Positions 30,495 to 42,171 of a stretch of DNA of 64,000 nt are shown piece after piece; the stretch's first letter is position 1; each line of letters starts with the position of its first letter. Made by a program: the position numbers and the translations under genes. This DNA comes from an uncultured Veillonellaceae bacterium (GTDB lineage: Bacteria > Bacillota > Negativicutes > JARBTT01). Below the pieces are notes generated by a model, which did no database searches, had not been told where the DNA came from, and worked only from the letters and a program-made list of their open reading frames with translations. The DNA is taken from contig CAWDTA010000004.1 of NCBI GenBank assembly GCA_963805085.1, forward strand, positions 352,001 to 416,000, in the 5' to 3' direction.

Positions 30495-31391
30495 ACTTGC
30501 TTTGAAAACTCATCTATCTGCTAGGATCAATCTGTCCTATACCTTCCATTGGAACTTCCGCAACCATTTGCAAATTTCAACATATCAAGGATGTTGTAAT
30601 CTTCGTGTAATGCGTACGCTAAACCAGCAACTAGAGAATCTCCACAACCAACTGTATTTACTGCTTCCACTGTTGGAATGTTGATGATAAATCTTCCCAA
30701 ACTTCCATTTAACATCATGCCCCGCTTACCTAACGATACGCGAACATTCTCAGCGCCCATTTCCAGCACCTTTTATGAAGCTAAAAATACATCTATCCGT
30801 TTTAACTGAAACACCAGCAAGATATTCGAGCTCTTCCTCATTTGGTTTGATCAAATATGGTCTGTCTTTGATAGCTAAACGTAAGCTTTCACCAGAAGAA
30901 TCCAAGATAAATTTTATATTATTTTTCATGCAAATTTTTGCAATTTTCCCATAATAGCCTTCGGGAAGACCTTGCGCCAAACTACCAGAAGCAACTAAAA
31001 TTTTTGTATCTTTTATCACTCTCTGCAATTCTTGCTCAAATTGTTCTATTTCCTGAGGCATAATTTCTGGCCCGCCTTCAAGGACTTCAGTAGATATACC
31101 ACTTTTATCTCTAAAATTCATACAAATTTAGGCTGTTCCTTGAATCGAGGTAAAGCGATTGATTTAACCTTCTACCTCAATTTCTCTCTTGATAAAGCCG
31201 CCGGTAAAATCACCGAGAAAACCTAGACAGCAAATTTTTCCACCGATATAATGAGCAACTCTAGAGACATTAAGACCTTTGCCTCCTGCTGTGGCGATGA
31301 CACTTTTGGCTCGTTGAACTTTTCCAGTTATAAAATCATTAAGCACATAGGAACGGTCGATAGATGGATTCATTGTAAGTACCGTAATCAT
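30495..31391 (-). pseudogene. lacC: Tagatose-6-phosphate kinase (PfkB/LacC) pseudogene
   Basis: TMNPSID, GGKGLNV, SGSL, IKPNEEEL, NTVGCGDS motifs interrupted by TAA at 31164, 31128, 30773 and frameshifts near 30795 and 30548. Confidence 0.9.
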
Positions 31392-31393
31392 AG

Positions 31394-32251
<858 letters not shown>

Positions 32252-32277
32252 TTATTTTACTTCCTTTATTTAAAATA

Positions 32278-33690
32278 TCAATGTTGCTTTCCTGCCGCTA
32301 ATTCAACATTTCTCTTTTTCATTTGTCTTGCATACCAGATGAATAACCCTAAGTACACAGCTAAAGAAGTTATCATTTTAATTGCATTTTCAATTGTCAT
32401 GTTTCCACCGAATTTACCAACTGCAATCGCAATGAACTTTTCCACAGGTCCTTCTAGTGTAGAATGCGTAATCATCTGTGTTTCTGCAAGTCCCGGAGGA
32501 AATGCTCCTACTAGAAGAGCTGTCTTTGTTGCAAATTCTGCAATTGCAGTACCTGCTAATAAGAATACAGGTAACATTAAAGTTCCAATGATGATCATAC
32601 GCATCATTCTGCCTCTCGTAACAACCAATAAGGATGGAGTCATCCCCATAGCGATGATACCACCTAACGGCAGTACACCATTGCCTGGTAAAAACAATGC
32701 TTCAATCAACATAATTGGTGCAAGTACATTTGCTGCTGCCCAAATTTCTGCTCTAGATGCTAAAAACGGCCAATCAATACCAATATTGAACTGTCTGCCA
32801 GCAAATCTTTTGCTCATAAAGTCTGTAATTCCCTGAGATAGTGGTTCAACAGCTGCGATAAACCAGCTGCCCATGAAAGAAAATAATTCCAAACAAACGC
32901 CGCCCGTGAAGGCTAGACTAAAAATAGATTTTATATCCTGTTGTCCTAAGATACCAACAAATACTCCTAAATAACAACCAATGGCAAACTTACTGCCCCA
33001 GAAGCCAATTTTTTTATTTAAAGTTGCTGCATCAAAATCATATTTATCGACAAATGGTAAAAGGACATCAAAAATTTTATTCAATACCATCACAATCGGG
33101 TTAAACATAAAGTTCAAATGAGTTGTCGTTGTCGGATTGGATTCCGGCATATTTACTAATTCATTAAATGTCGGTTTCATCAAATCTGAATTGATGAATT
33201 TAAGAACGCCGATGAACAGAACCAAAAGTGAGGCAAGGAATAAATTATCATTAGAATAATACATAACAAGTAATCCAACTACAGACAAATGCCAAACATC
33301 AAAAATATCTACATCTAATGTGTTTGTTTTATTCATCGCAAGCATAACAATGTTCAAAATAACTAAAAGCATTAAGAAATACAATGTATATGCAGAGCCC
33401 CAAGTAATCGTTGCAAGTGGGGCCCAACCAACGTCTGTGATTGATAGCTGAATTCCTGTGGATTTTACAAATCCCTGTAATGCCGGTGCGAATGCACCAG
33501 TTAAAATACCAATGATTGTACCCATACCGGTGAGAGCAATAGCTAATTTCATACCACCTTCTAACGCACGTGTGAATTTCACCTTCATGATTAGAGCTAG
33601 TAAAGTCAACACGATGAACATTACAGGAGGGCCACCTAACGACAAAATTGGTTTGAAAAATTGATTAGAAAACGAAATTAAAATATCCAT
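32278..33690 (-). CDS. PTS galactitol/galactose-family EIIC
   Basis: TDVGWAP, TLDVDIFDVWH, IGIDWPF, LPGNGVLP; start uncertain (33690/33702/33726). Confidence 0.92.
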   Translation of the reverse strand: MDILISFSNQFFKPILSLGGPPVMFIVLTLLALIMKVKFTRALEGGMKLAIALTGMGTIIGILTGAFAPALQGFVKSTGIQLSITDVGWAPLATITWGSAYTLYFLMLLVILNIVMLAMNKTNTLDVDIFDVWHLSVVGLLVMYYSNDNLFLASLLVLFIGVLKFINSDLMKPTFNELVNMPESNPTTTTHLNFMFNPIVMVLNKIFDVLLPFVDKYDFDAATLNKKIGFWGSKFAIGCYLGVFVGILGQQDIKSIFSLAFTGGVCLELFSFMGSWFIAAVEPLSQGITDFMSKRFAGRQFNIGIDWPFLASRAEIWAAANVLAPIMLIEALFLPGNGVLPLGGIIAMGMTPSLLVVTRGRMMRMIIIGTLMLPVFLLAGTAIAEFATKTALLVGAFPPGLAETQMITHSTLEGPVEKFIAIAVGKFGGNMTIENAIKMITSLAVYLGLFIWYARQMKKRNVELAAGKQH

Positions 33691-33783
33691 AAGAACATCC
33701 ATCCCTAATATATAAATTTTATTCAATTAATGTTTATGTAAAATCATCTTTATCGACAAATCAATTTGATATTTACTTTTCTA

Positions 33784-34086
33784 TTATTTGTTTAATCCTT
33801 TAATAGCTTCTTCTAAATTATCAAAAACTGGTCGACTCATTGCTGGAATGCGATATAATATCGGTCCTGCTTCTACAATAGGAATATTGATTTTGAAACC
33901 TACATCTGGCGTTGATATTGGCGTAAAAATATCATATTTTGAAAGCAACTCTTCTGTAATATCCTTTATCATTACAGCATCGGCTTGTACCTGATATCCA
34001 CGGTTGCTCATTTCTTCTTCAATTGCACTTTTGATTTGATGGCTAGAATTGACGCCAGCTCCACAAGCTGCTAAAACGTTAATCAT
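33784..34086 (-). CDS. PTS galactitol/galactose-family EIIB
   Basis: VLAACGAGVNSSHQIK. Confidence 0.92.
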   Translation of the reverse strand: MINVLAACGAGVNSSHQIKSAIEEEMSNRGYQVQADAVMIKDITEELLSKYDIFTPISTPDVGFKINIPIVEAGPILYRIPAMSRPVFDNLEEAIKGLNK

Positions 34087-34121
34087 AATAAAACACTCCT
34101 TATTTATTCTCTATTTGATAT

Positions 34122-34601
34122 TTATAATTTATATTTCTCAACAACTTTATAAAGACTTTCTATCGTCTCCGCTTTTTCTAATGCGTTGATATCATCGACA
34201 TTTGTCACAATCCCCATAATTTTACTTAAGATACCTGCTTGTTCACTATCTGCACTATTGAGAATCATAAACAAATACCGTACATTCTGTAATCTTTGTA
34301 CTGGATTCATCATATTGCCAATTGAAATGCCTTGATTAAGCTTCACCAATACGACTTTTGTCACTTTGCAATGTTCACGTTCCGTATGAGGAATTGCAAC
34401 ATTAGGCAAACATCCTCCGATAATACTTAAATCAATTCCTGTTGGGAATTCTTTCTCACGTTTTTTTATCGATTCTTCATACGAATTTTTCACCAAATTT
34501 GCTTGGGCAAACCTTTTAGCCATTGTACCAAAAGCTTCATCTATATCTTTAAAATCTTCTTGAAATATCAAATTTTCTTCAAATAATTGTTGCTCTGGCA
34601 T
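34122..34601 (-). CDS. PTS galactitol/galactose-family EIIA
   Basis: REKEFPTG, NVAIPHT. Confidence 0.92.
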   Translation of the reverse strand: MPEQQLFEENLIFQEDFKDIDEAFGTMAKRFAQANLVKNSYEESIKKREKEFPTGIDLSIIGGCLPNVAIPHTEREHCKVTKVVLVKLNQGISIGNMMNPVQRLQNVRYLFMILNSADSEQAGILSKIMGIVTNVDDINALEKAETIESLYKVVEKYKL

Positions 34602-34625
34602 ATCGACAACCTCCTACTTCATAAA

Positions 34626-35141
34626 TTAATCGTGGTAAAATCCTTCATCCCATTTTTTCTGAATTTCATCGAAGATTGCGTCGTTTTCGATTGCATCATT
34701 CTCGCCGATTAATCCATCAATTTTCTGAATTAATGCTTGATTTTCAGCGGTTGGTTTATATTTCGCAGCAATAAAGGCATCCAATATATACTCAATTGTA
34801 CCTTCACCCACGACTCTACCACCTACGCCGATTACGTTTGCATTGAGTTCTTCCTTTGCATAAACAGCAGTTTGTACATCTGTGACTAACGCACCACGTA
34901 CACCTTTGATTTTTTCAGCTGCCATATTAATTCCTACCCCAGTACCGCAAATACATACACCCAAATCTACTTGCCCCTTGACAACAGCTACGCCAACTTT
35001 TCTACCAAAAATCGGATAATGTGTACGAACAGAATCATAGGTTCCACAATCTACAACTTCGTGTCCTTGTCCTTGTAAGTATTTTACGGCTTTATTTTTT
35101 ATATCTGTAACGATATGATCACAACCAACTGCAATTTTCAT
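34626..35141 (-). CDS. lacB: Galactose-6-phosphate isomerase subunit B
   Basis: [32 protein letters not shown]. Confidence 0.95.
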   Translation of the reverse strand: MKIAVGCDHIVTDIKNKAVKYLQGQGHEVVDCGTYDSVRTHYPIFGRKVGVAVVKGQVDLGVCICGTGVGINMAAEKIKGVRGALVTDVQTAVYAKEELNANVIGVGGRVVGEGTIEYILDAFIAAKYKPTAENQALIQKIDGLIGENDAIENDAIFDEIQKKWDEGFYHD

Positions 35142-35158
35142 TTTTACTCTCCCATCCT

Positions 35159-35578
35159 TTATACTATTTTGTTCAGCATATCAATGCGAACTTGATGTCT
35201 GCCACCATCATATTCAGATTTAGCAAAATTCAAAGCCAATTGACAAGCAAGTTTTTCTGCTGAAATATCTGAACCTAACGTGATGATCTGTGTAGAATTA
35301 TGCATCCTTGTCATTTTTGAAGTATAATCCTCATAAACGGGTGCGCAGATGATGCCATGATGTTTATTCGCAATCATAAATGGTGCAACACCATATTCAT
35401 CAATGACAATTCCTTTATCTGCTGTTTTATTTTTTATTGCTTCAACGACATTGATTGTAGCTTCAAAAATATTAGAAGTAGATTGATCCATCATTTCATA
35501 ATGATTCTTGGCTAAAAACGTTTTAATTTTTTCTTTTAATACCGTGCCTTTTTCATTGGCAGCTATCGCTATTTTCAT
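35159..35578 (-). CDS. lacA: Galactose-6-phosphate isomerase subunit A
   Basis: [27 protein letters not shown]; start probably ATG 35578. Confidence 0.93.
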   Translation of the reverse strand: MKIAIAANEKGTVLKEKIKTFLAKNHYEMMDQSTSNIFEATINVVEAIKNKTADKGIVIDEYGVAPFMIANKHHGIICAPVYEDYTSKMTRMHNSTQIITLGSDISAEKLACQLALNFAKSEYDGGRHQVRIDMLNKIV

Positions 35579-35721
35579 CACTAAGACCTCACTCATCAAA
35601 TTTCATTAATTGTTTTGTTAAGTTTTATTTATTAACCCTGACTTCATTATATTTCATTTAGACTCGGTTTTGTTTTCGGCTTTTGGAACAGTTTTCATCA
35701 CAAGAAATAACAGCTTTTTCA

Positions 35722-35750
35722 TTGACAAAGTTCTTATTTCTTCTTAGAAT
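35722..35750 (+). promoter_or_regulatory. SigmaA promoter of the RpiR regulator
   Basis: TTGACA-N17-TAGAAT. Confidence 0.7.
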
Positions 35751-35811
35751 AAATAGGGGATTTCTATTCTTATACTAACTATCTCCATGAAACAGGAGGG
35801 TATTTGTATTT

Positions 35812-36555
35812 ATGTTAATCAAAATAAATCATTCCTTCTACGATAAGCTTACAGCGACTGAAAAGCAGGTTATTACCTTTATCAATGCAAATACCGATAA
35901 GATCGCTAATATGTCTATCGGCGCGGTGGCCGAGCAGACATTTTCTTCACCAGCAACCGTATCTAGAACCATAAAAAAGTGCGGGATTGATGGTTTCGCT
36001 GAACTGCGATATTTGCTATCTAAAAAAAATTCTGAATCAGAAAATTCCATTCAGGTAAATGAAATCTTAAAAAAATCATTAATGGAAGTAACCAATACGA
36101 TTGAACACATATCAATCGACCAAATTCTCAAATCAGTCGAGCTGATAAAAAAAGCGCCTCGCATTTATATTTTATCTAGAGGCTTAACAATCTTGGTCGC
36201 GCAGGAATTTTCATTAAAATTGCAATTATTGGGATATAATATTTTCCAAATTTCTGATGCCGCCATTATGAAAAAAGTTTCTGCCGATATAAAATTCGAT
36301 GAATTGATGATTATTTTCTCAATCTCTGGAACGACAGAGGAATTGGTAATATCAGCAGAAAACGCAAAGTCAGTCGGAGCAAAATTAATCACTTGCACCT
36401 GTGCTGCAGATTGCCCGCTAGTGAATATGTCCAACATCCCCCTCTGGGGTTATAAACACAAACATACTTCTATCACAACAGTGGATGTAACTTCCCGTTT
36501 TCCTTTGTATGTATTATCAAGAATCCTCATTGACTATTTAATAATACAAAAGTAA
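35812..36555 (+). CDS. MurR/RpiR-family regulator (HTH + SIS)
   Basis: LTATEKQV, SPATVSRTIKKCGIDGF, FSISGTT. Confidence 0.93.
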   Translation: MLIKINHSFYDKLTATEKQVITFINANTDKIANMSIGAVAEQTFSSPATVSRTIKKCGIDGFAELRYLLSKKNSESENSIQVNEILKKSLMEVTNTIEHISIDQILKSVELIKKAPRIYILSRGLTILVAQEFSLKLQLLGYNIFQISDAAIMKKVSADIKFDELMIIFSISGTTEELVISAENAKSVGAKLITCTCAADCPLVNMSNIPLWGYKHKHTSITTVDVTSRFPLYVLSRILIDYLIIQK

Positions 36556-36565
36556 ACGATACAAG

Positions 36566-36609
36566 AAATGCACGGAATAACTAATCATTAGTTATTCCGT
36601 GCATTTTTT
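36566..36609 (+). terminator. Intrinsic terminator
   Basis: AAATGCACGGAATAACTAAT/ATTAGTTATTCCGTGCATTT + T-run. Confidence 0.85.
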
Positions 36610-36681
36610 ATATCGCTAACCTAACTTACTTCTCCTTTACGAACATACAGGAGAATTTTTATTTTATCTCAATTTAATAAA

Positions 36682-36736
36682 TTAACAAAATCATAATATT
36701 TACTTAATACATTTTACCAGCACTTTCAATTATAAT
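36682..36736 (+). promoter_or_regulatory. Pho-box-like 11-bp periodic repeats plus -10 TATAAT
   Basis: TTAACA 36682, ATAATA 36693, TTAATA 36704, TTACCA 36714; TATAAT 36731; no consensus -35. Confidence 0.4.
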
Positions 36737-36771
36737 AAAATTAAAGTAAATGAATTTGCGAGGTGTTTAGA

Positions 36772-37860
36772 ATGCATACCGTATTGATTTTAACTGTTTC
36801 AATTGGCAACGGTCATAATCAGGCAGCCTTCAACATCAATCAAAAACTTCACGCTGCTGGTTATGAAGTAAAAACAATTGACCTACTACAAACTGAGCAC
36901 TATGGCTTCAATACCTTTTTAAGCAAAGCCTACCAAAAGCTGATTGAATACAAACCAGAACTTTTTCGTCATATTTGTAAAATGAGTAAAATCGACAAAT
37001 TTGATAATGTAAAATATATGCTAGCAAAAATGAATCAGCGCATCATTGACAGATTGGTTAAAAAGTACCAACCTGACATGATTATTTGCACCCATTTTTT
37101 TCCTCTAACTGCTGCAGCAGCATACAAAAAAAAATACTGTTCTTCATTTAAACTGGTTGGCATTGTAACGGACTATATTGTTCATCCCATATGGGAGGTT
37201 GCAAATGTTGACCAGTATTTTGTTGCGCATTCTTCCTTAGTGAAACAATTTAAGCACTGCATTGCCCCTTTAACTATAGTCATTCCCAGTGGCATCCCGA
37301 TCGGCTTAGACTTTATTCCGACGATTAGATCAACCGATATAAATAAAATTTTAGTCATGACGAGTGGTCAAACTGACCAAAGTATGCTGGATATGCTCAC
37401 TGTACTCCAAACATTACCTCGTCATATTGAGATCAGTTTTATTACAGGAAAAGATACAGAACGCAAGAAACAGTTAGATCAACTGACGGCGGACAATACA
37501 AATTTCAAAATATACGGTTTTACCAATCAAGTAGCTTCGTTGATGAAAACTACCGGCCTATTGATCACAAAACCCGGCGGATTAACTGTGACTGAAGCTC
37601 TAGCAACTGCAACGCCATTATTGGTATTTTCACCAATTCCAGGCATTGAGGAAGATAATGCCCGCTTTTTAGAAATGAACCTTTTAGGCTATTGGGCTAG
37701 AAATAAAAATCAGCTAAACGAACTGATCACCGAGCTTTTACAATCTCCTGAAAAACGAATGCTCATATCGCAACGAATGTTGACACTTCAAAACTCTCAA
37801 GCTACAAATAGCATCGTAAATCATTTAACTGCCGATATGGATCATAAGGTGGCATTATGA
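36772..37860 (+). CDS. UgtP/MGDG-synthase family diacylglycerol glycosyltransferase (GT28)
   Basis: SIGNGHNQAA, ICTHFFP, VTDY..HP.W, SGIPI, ITKPGGLTVTEA, PIPG.EE.NA. Confidence 0.9.
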   Translation: MHTVLILTVSIGNGHNQAAFNINQKLHAAGYEVKTIDLLQTEHYGFNTFLSKAYQKLIEYKPELFRHICKMSKIDKFDNVKYMLAKMNQRIIDRLVKKYQPDMIICTHFFPLTAAAAYKKKYCSSFKLVGIVTDYIVHPIWEVANVDQYFVAHSSLVKQFKHCIAPLTIVIPSGIPIGLDFIPTIRSTDINKILVMTSGQTDQSMLDMLTVLQTLPRHIEISFITGKDTERKKQLDQLTADNTNFKIYGFTNQVASLMKTTGLLITKPGGLTVTEALATATPLLVFSPIPGIEEDNARFLEMNLLGYWARNKNQLNELITELLQSPEKRMLISQRMLTLQNSQATNSIVNHLTADMDHKVAL

Positions 37861-38573
37861 TAAAAGCTTCAGTACGCTATCTAAATTTTGGTCTATCTAT
37901 GCTCGGCACATTTTCCGCCCCTATACAATATCTCTTAGAATATCCTCATGACCCTAAATACTTGTGCATCACCCACAAAGCCTGTAATCTGGAAGCATTA
38001 AAACTAATTAAGGCAAGCGGTAATGTGGAGACTTCTGCAATTCTTGAAGACAATTTACTACAATTACAAGAAGGTGTAAAATGGGCAGATTTAGAGTTTA
38101 AAAATATCAATCATTTCTTTGACCCGGTTACACGTAAAGGATTATGGCGCTTCTCACCTAGTGTCTATGACTTTTCCGTCTATCTAAGCAAAGCCTGTCG
38201 CCATGCAAATAACCAAGATATTTCCAGCAGTTTCTTTTACCTAGGTGCTGCTACACATTTATTGCAAGATATGGCTGTTCCCCATCACGTATGTGGTTAT
38301 TTATTCAATGGGCATAAAAAGTTTGAAAACTGGGTGCAATGCCATCTTGAAGAATTTTCTTGTCCTCCAAACCAAATAAAGCAAGTGAAAAAGCCATTAG
38401 ATTTGTTGCTTCATAGTGCTACGATCGCTAGAGAATTCATGTCGCTCGTGGGCGAATCAGCAACCGAAAACCAATATAGGTACGCTGCGCAAAATTTACT
38501 CCCAATTGCGCAAGCCAGCTCCGCTGATTTATTCGAATGGTTTATAAAAACAAAAATATTATTAAAACGTTAA
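37857..38573 (+). CDS. Zinc-dependent phospholipase C family protein (no obvious signal peptide)
   Basis: THK, GVKWAD, NHFFDP, YLGAATHLLQDMAVPHH, HKKFE zinc-ligand pattern; ATGA overlap with upstream gene. Confidence 0.85.
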   Translation: MIKASVRYLNFGLSMLGTFSAPIQYLLEYPHDPKYLCITHKACNLEALKLIKASGNVETSAILEDNLLQLQEGVKWADLEFKNINHFFDPVTRKGLWRFSPSVYDFSVYLSKACRHANNQDISSSFFYLGAATHLLQDMAVPHHVCGYLFNGHKKFENWVQCHLEEFSCPPNQIKQVKKPLDLLLHSATIAREFMSLVGESATENQYRYAAQNLLPIAQASSADLFEWFIKTKILLKR

Positions 38574-38582
38574 ACATATATG

Positions 38583-38623
38583 AAAAAGGTGATTGCCTCT
38601 TTATTTGGCCAATCACCTTTTTT
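38583..38623. terminator. Bidirectional terminator
   Basis: AAAAAGGTGATTG...CAATCACCTTTTT. Confidence 0.85.
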
Positions 38624-38638
38624 GTATCTTAGTAATAT

Positions 38639-40468
38639 TTATCGTAATGAACTAAACTTAATTTCTCCTTCCTGGACATAAAGAGAAACGTATTTCAATG
38701 TATCTTTAAGAGTTTTTGTCGACGACCCTATCGATATTTTTGTACCAGGATAAATAAAATCAGAAACACGAATTCTACCTGATTTAAGCAGACGAAGAAG
38801 ATTTTCAATGTTCGTTATACGTTGTCTGTTTTCCTCTATTCTTTCTGGCAGAACCTGAAATTCAGCTTCATTCTTTTTGTAACGTTCCAGTTTTACGGCA
38901 ACAAGCCGCTCAACACCTTGTTTTCGAATAAATGAAATTGATCGATCCAATTCTTCATATAAAGTCTCATCTTTTTGGATTTCCGAACGAAGCTTTAACA
39001 ATTCATCCTTTAAAAACGGGTTTATCGAAACTTCAAGTTCTGTAATAACACCTGATTTATTGCCAACGGTAGCAGCACGGATTACTTGTCCCGCTGATAT
39101 CCTTCCGCCACGAATAAGTCCGCGCCGCCCCTCTATTATAACCCTACTACCTGCAAATACATTGCTATTCATAATAAAATCACTGACGATGACATCCTCA
39201 TCAGCATAGACAGTCGCATTTTCTATAAAACCTACTACAAGGCGCTCACGAGCCTTGATAACACCACGGCTCATTCCCTGAATACCATTGCGAACAATAA
39301 TACTATTTGCTTCTACCGTCCCTCCACAAATATTGCCACAAACTTCGACGTTTCCGCCCGCTTTTACACAAAAGTCAGGTTGTACTGTCCCCTTTACAAT
39401 CACACTGCCTTTGAAATCTATGTTTCCCGTATTGTAGTCAACATCGCCTTCAATTACTATAATAGGTATTACATTGATACGCTTGTCGAGAAATACATGT
39501 AAATGTCCATCTATAGCAGCATAAAGACGCCAATTATCAACACAAATAGTATTCTTGCCAACAGGCATAGGGACATCTTTCCCTGGCTTCGGTAAGATTT
39601 CTTTACCAAACACATCTATTCCTGATACACCAGGAGTTGCAGGAACTTTCTCAACTAGAAGCTTTGCTTCTTCCACACAAAGAAAATTATTAGTTTCTTT
39701 AAAATCAACTCGCCCATCTTCCTGTTCCTCTGGGCGCCCTTGGCTATCAGCATCAAAATAATATTTTAAATAAGCCTTTTCTCCACTACGAGGCTCAATA
39801 CCACGAGCACAAACGATATTTTGTGCAAAACGTGTTTGCGTCAAAGTCCCAAGAATACAGTTGTCAATGCCATAGACTACACCAGCATCTCTTAACTTAT
39901 CTGTAAGTTGTGAGATTGTGGCTGTAGGAGCATCCTTAGCTATAGAAATATCAATCATAGCTTCTAGCCGATTGCTTCTTACTTTAACACTAATATTCTG
40001 CACCGGCTCAATTGATGATGAATTAATAATAAGTGCAGGTCTACCACTAGCCTCTTTAATCACATTAAAAACAAAAGTCTGATCAAAATCAGTCAATTTT
40101 CTTTCGCTCAGTTCTTGAAGTATACTGCCCCTTAATACTGCTTTTCCTCCATTTACAGGTGCCCAGACGCAGAGAAAAACTTCCTTATCCGTGATAGTAA
40201 TTTGATACCGTCCATCTTTTTTCAGTAAGCAATTCATAATAAGTGCAGGCATTCCCATAGCTTCCTTAATAACGGTAGAGATGAACGCATGATCAAAATC
40301 CAATAATTTTTTATTCTTTAAATCTTGAATAATAGCAGCCTTTGATACTGGTATTCCGCCGTTAACCGGCGGCCAAACACTGAGAAAAACTTCTGTATCA
40401 GTAACAGCAATCTGATACCGACCGTCCTTAGTCGAGAGAATTATTTTATCCATAAAATACCGCCTCAT
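38639..40468 (-). CDS. FapA (DUF342) family protein with duplicated N-terminal module
   Basis: DGRVDFKE, GDVDYNTGNIDFKGSV, IRGGRI, IYPGTKI; start may be 40453. Confidence 0.85.
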   Translation of the reverse strand: MRRYFMDKIILSTKDGRYQIAVTDTEVFLSVWPPVNGGIPVSKAAIIQDLKNKKLLDFDHAFISTVIKEAMGMPALIMNCLLKKDGRYQITITDKEVFLCVWAPVNGGKAVLRGSILQELSERKLTDFDQTFVFNVIKEASGRPALIINSSSIEPVQNISVKVRSNRLEAMIDISIAKDAPTATISQLTDKLRDAGVVYGIDNCILGTLTQTRFAQNIVCARGIEPRSGEKAYLKYYFDADSQGRPEEQEDGRVDFKETNNFLCVEEAKLLVEKVPATPGVSGIDVFGKEILPKPGKDVPMPVGKNTICVDNWRLYAAIDGHLHVFLDKRINVIPIIVIEGDVDYNTGNIDFKGSVIVKGTVQPDFCVKAGGNVEVCGNICGGTVEANSIIVRNGIQGMSRGVIKARERLVVGFIENATVYADEDVIVSDFIMNSNVFAGSRVIIEGRRGLIRGGRISAGQVIRAATVGNKSGVITELEVSINPFLKDELLKLRSEIQKDETLYEELDRSISFIRKQGVERLVAVKLERYKKNEAEFQVLPERIEENRQRITNIENLLRLLKSGRIRVSDFIYPGTKISIGSSTKTLKDTLKYVSLYVQEGEIKFSSLR

Positions 40469-40785
40469 GATAATTTATTATATATTCTTGTCTATGCTAC
40501 ACTTACCGACTGGCTCTAACACTGTTATTTCGCAAGTATATTACTACGACTATAAGTACACTAATTTATTTTCTGCGCTATCAAAGCGATGAATGAAAGC
40601 TTTTATAATATATACCTAGATACTCGTGATAAGACTGCTATTTCTTAATAGGAATTTTATCCTAAGTAGGAAAATTACTATAGAACTTTAGTATGTTTTT
40701 AACTAAATTTACATTTTTTGATATTTAAAGTCTCATAAATTCTTTCTTCGAAAACTATAAAATAAGGACTGATAAATCACAAAAG

Positions 40786-40813
40786 AAAAAGCGCGGTTCA
40801 TTAAAACCACGCT
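40786..40813 (-). terminator. Terminator of nucleoside operon
   Basis: AGCGCGGTT...AACCACGCT (G-U pair on minus) with U-run. Confidence 0.6.
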
Positions 40814-40848
40814 AAAAACTTATTGTCCGTATTCTCTTTTATTCTATT

Positions 40849-42153
40849 TTATGCCGTTATAATATCATGGATTAACCGCGGCACATCAGCCTTGTCTTCA
40901 ATATATATATTTTGATAGATCTTTTCTACAACCTCAGCTACCGCTTCCTGGTTTGCATGAATCGTGGCCAACGATTCTCCTTTGCTAACTTTGTCGCCAA
41001 CTTTTTTATGCAATACTAAACCGACCGCCAAATCAATTTTCGATTCCTTCGTTGCTCGCCCTGCTCCGAGTAACATTGCCGCTGTTCCAATAGCATCAGC
41101 TACGATTCTGGCTACCACACCATCCTTTTTCGCAGGAACTTCAATTCGATAATTGGCCTGTGGCAGCTTATCTGGATAATCAACCACTTCTGGATTGCCA
41201 CCTTGATTTATAATAAACTCTTTGAACTTCGCCAAAGCTTTTCCATTTTGCATTACTTCTTGTAGCATTACTTTTGCCACTTCTAACGAAGTGGCTTTTC
41301 CTGCTAAATAGGACATTTGACTCCCCAAAACTAGGCAAAGTTCCTCCAAATCTTTCGGTCCTTTCCCCTGCAGGGTATCAATTGCCTCTTTGACCTCTAA
41401 TGCATTGCCTATCGCAAAACCTAACGGCTGACTCATATCCGAAATCACTGCCATCGTTTTCCGACCAACATTATTTCCGATCCGCACCATAGCTTCTGCC
41501 AATTCTTTCGCATCTTCTTCAGTTTTCATAAAAGCACCAGCGCCAGTTTTGACATCCAAAACAATAGCATCTGCGCCTGCTGCAATCTTTTTACTCATAA
41601 TCGAACTAGCAATCAAAGGAATGGAGTTAACGGTTGCAGTCACATCACGCAAGGCGTAGAGTTTTTTATCGGCTGGTGTTAAGTTACCACTCTGCCCAAT
41701 AACAGCAATTTTATGATGATTCACCAAATTAATGAATTCTTCTTTTGCAATCTCCACATGAAAACCAGCAATCGACTCTAACTTATCAATCGTACCACCC
41801 GTATGACCAAGCCCGCGACCTGACATCTTTGCCACTGGGACGCCGATAGCCGCCACGAGTGGTGCAAGCACCAAAGTAGTCGTATCACCTACACCACCAG
41901 TAGAATGCTTGTCAACCTTAATTCCTTCAATCGCTGATAGATCGATCGTATCCCCTGACTCAACCATTGCCATCGTTAAATCGGCACGCTCTTTCTCAGT
42001 CATATCTTGAAAAAAGATTGCCATTGCCAAAGCACTCACTTGATAATCAGGTATTGTGCCTTTTGTATAACCTTTAATAATAAAGTTAATCTCAGCGGTT
42101 GTTAGCTCTTTTCCATCCCGTTTTTTCTCGATCAAATCTACCATTCTCATCAA
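40849..42153 (-). CDS. pdp: Pyrimidine-nucleoside phosphorylase
   Basis: [38 protein letters not shown]. Confidence 0.97.
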   Translation of the reverse strand: MMRMVDLIEKKRDGKELTTAEINFIIKGYTKGTIPDYQVSALAMAIFFQDMTEKERADLTMAMVESGDTIDLSAIEGIKVDKHSTGGVGDTTTLVLAPLVAAIGVPVAKMSGRGLGHTGGTIDKLESIAGFHVEIAKEEFINLVNHHKIAVIGQSGNLTPADKKLYALRDVTATVNSIPLIASSIMSKKIAAGADAIVLDVKTGAGAFMKTEEDAKELAEAMVRIGNNVGRKTMAVISDMSQPLGFAIGNALEVKEAIDTLQGKGPKDLEELCLVLGSQMSYLAGKATSLEVAKVMLQEVMQNGKALAKFKEFIINQGGNPEVVDYPDKLPQANYRIEVPAKKDGVVARIVADAIGTAAMLLGAGRATKESKIDLAVGLVLHKKVGDKVSKGESLATIHANQEAVAEVVEKIYQNIYIEDKADVPRLIHDIITA

Positions 42154-42171
42154 AAATTCTCTCCCCTCGAA

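Noticed and set aside
31121-31166. Stop-codon recoding to rescue lacC
   Set aside because: Stops are TAA (not TGA/TAG) and are accompanied by two frameshifts; all other genes use TAA as a normal stop.
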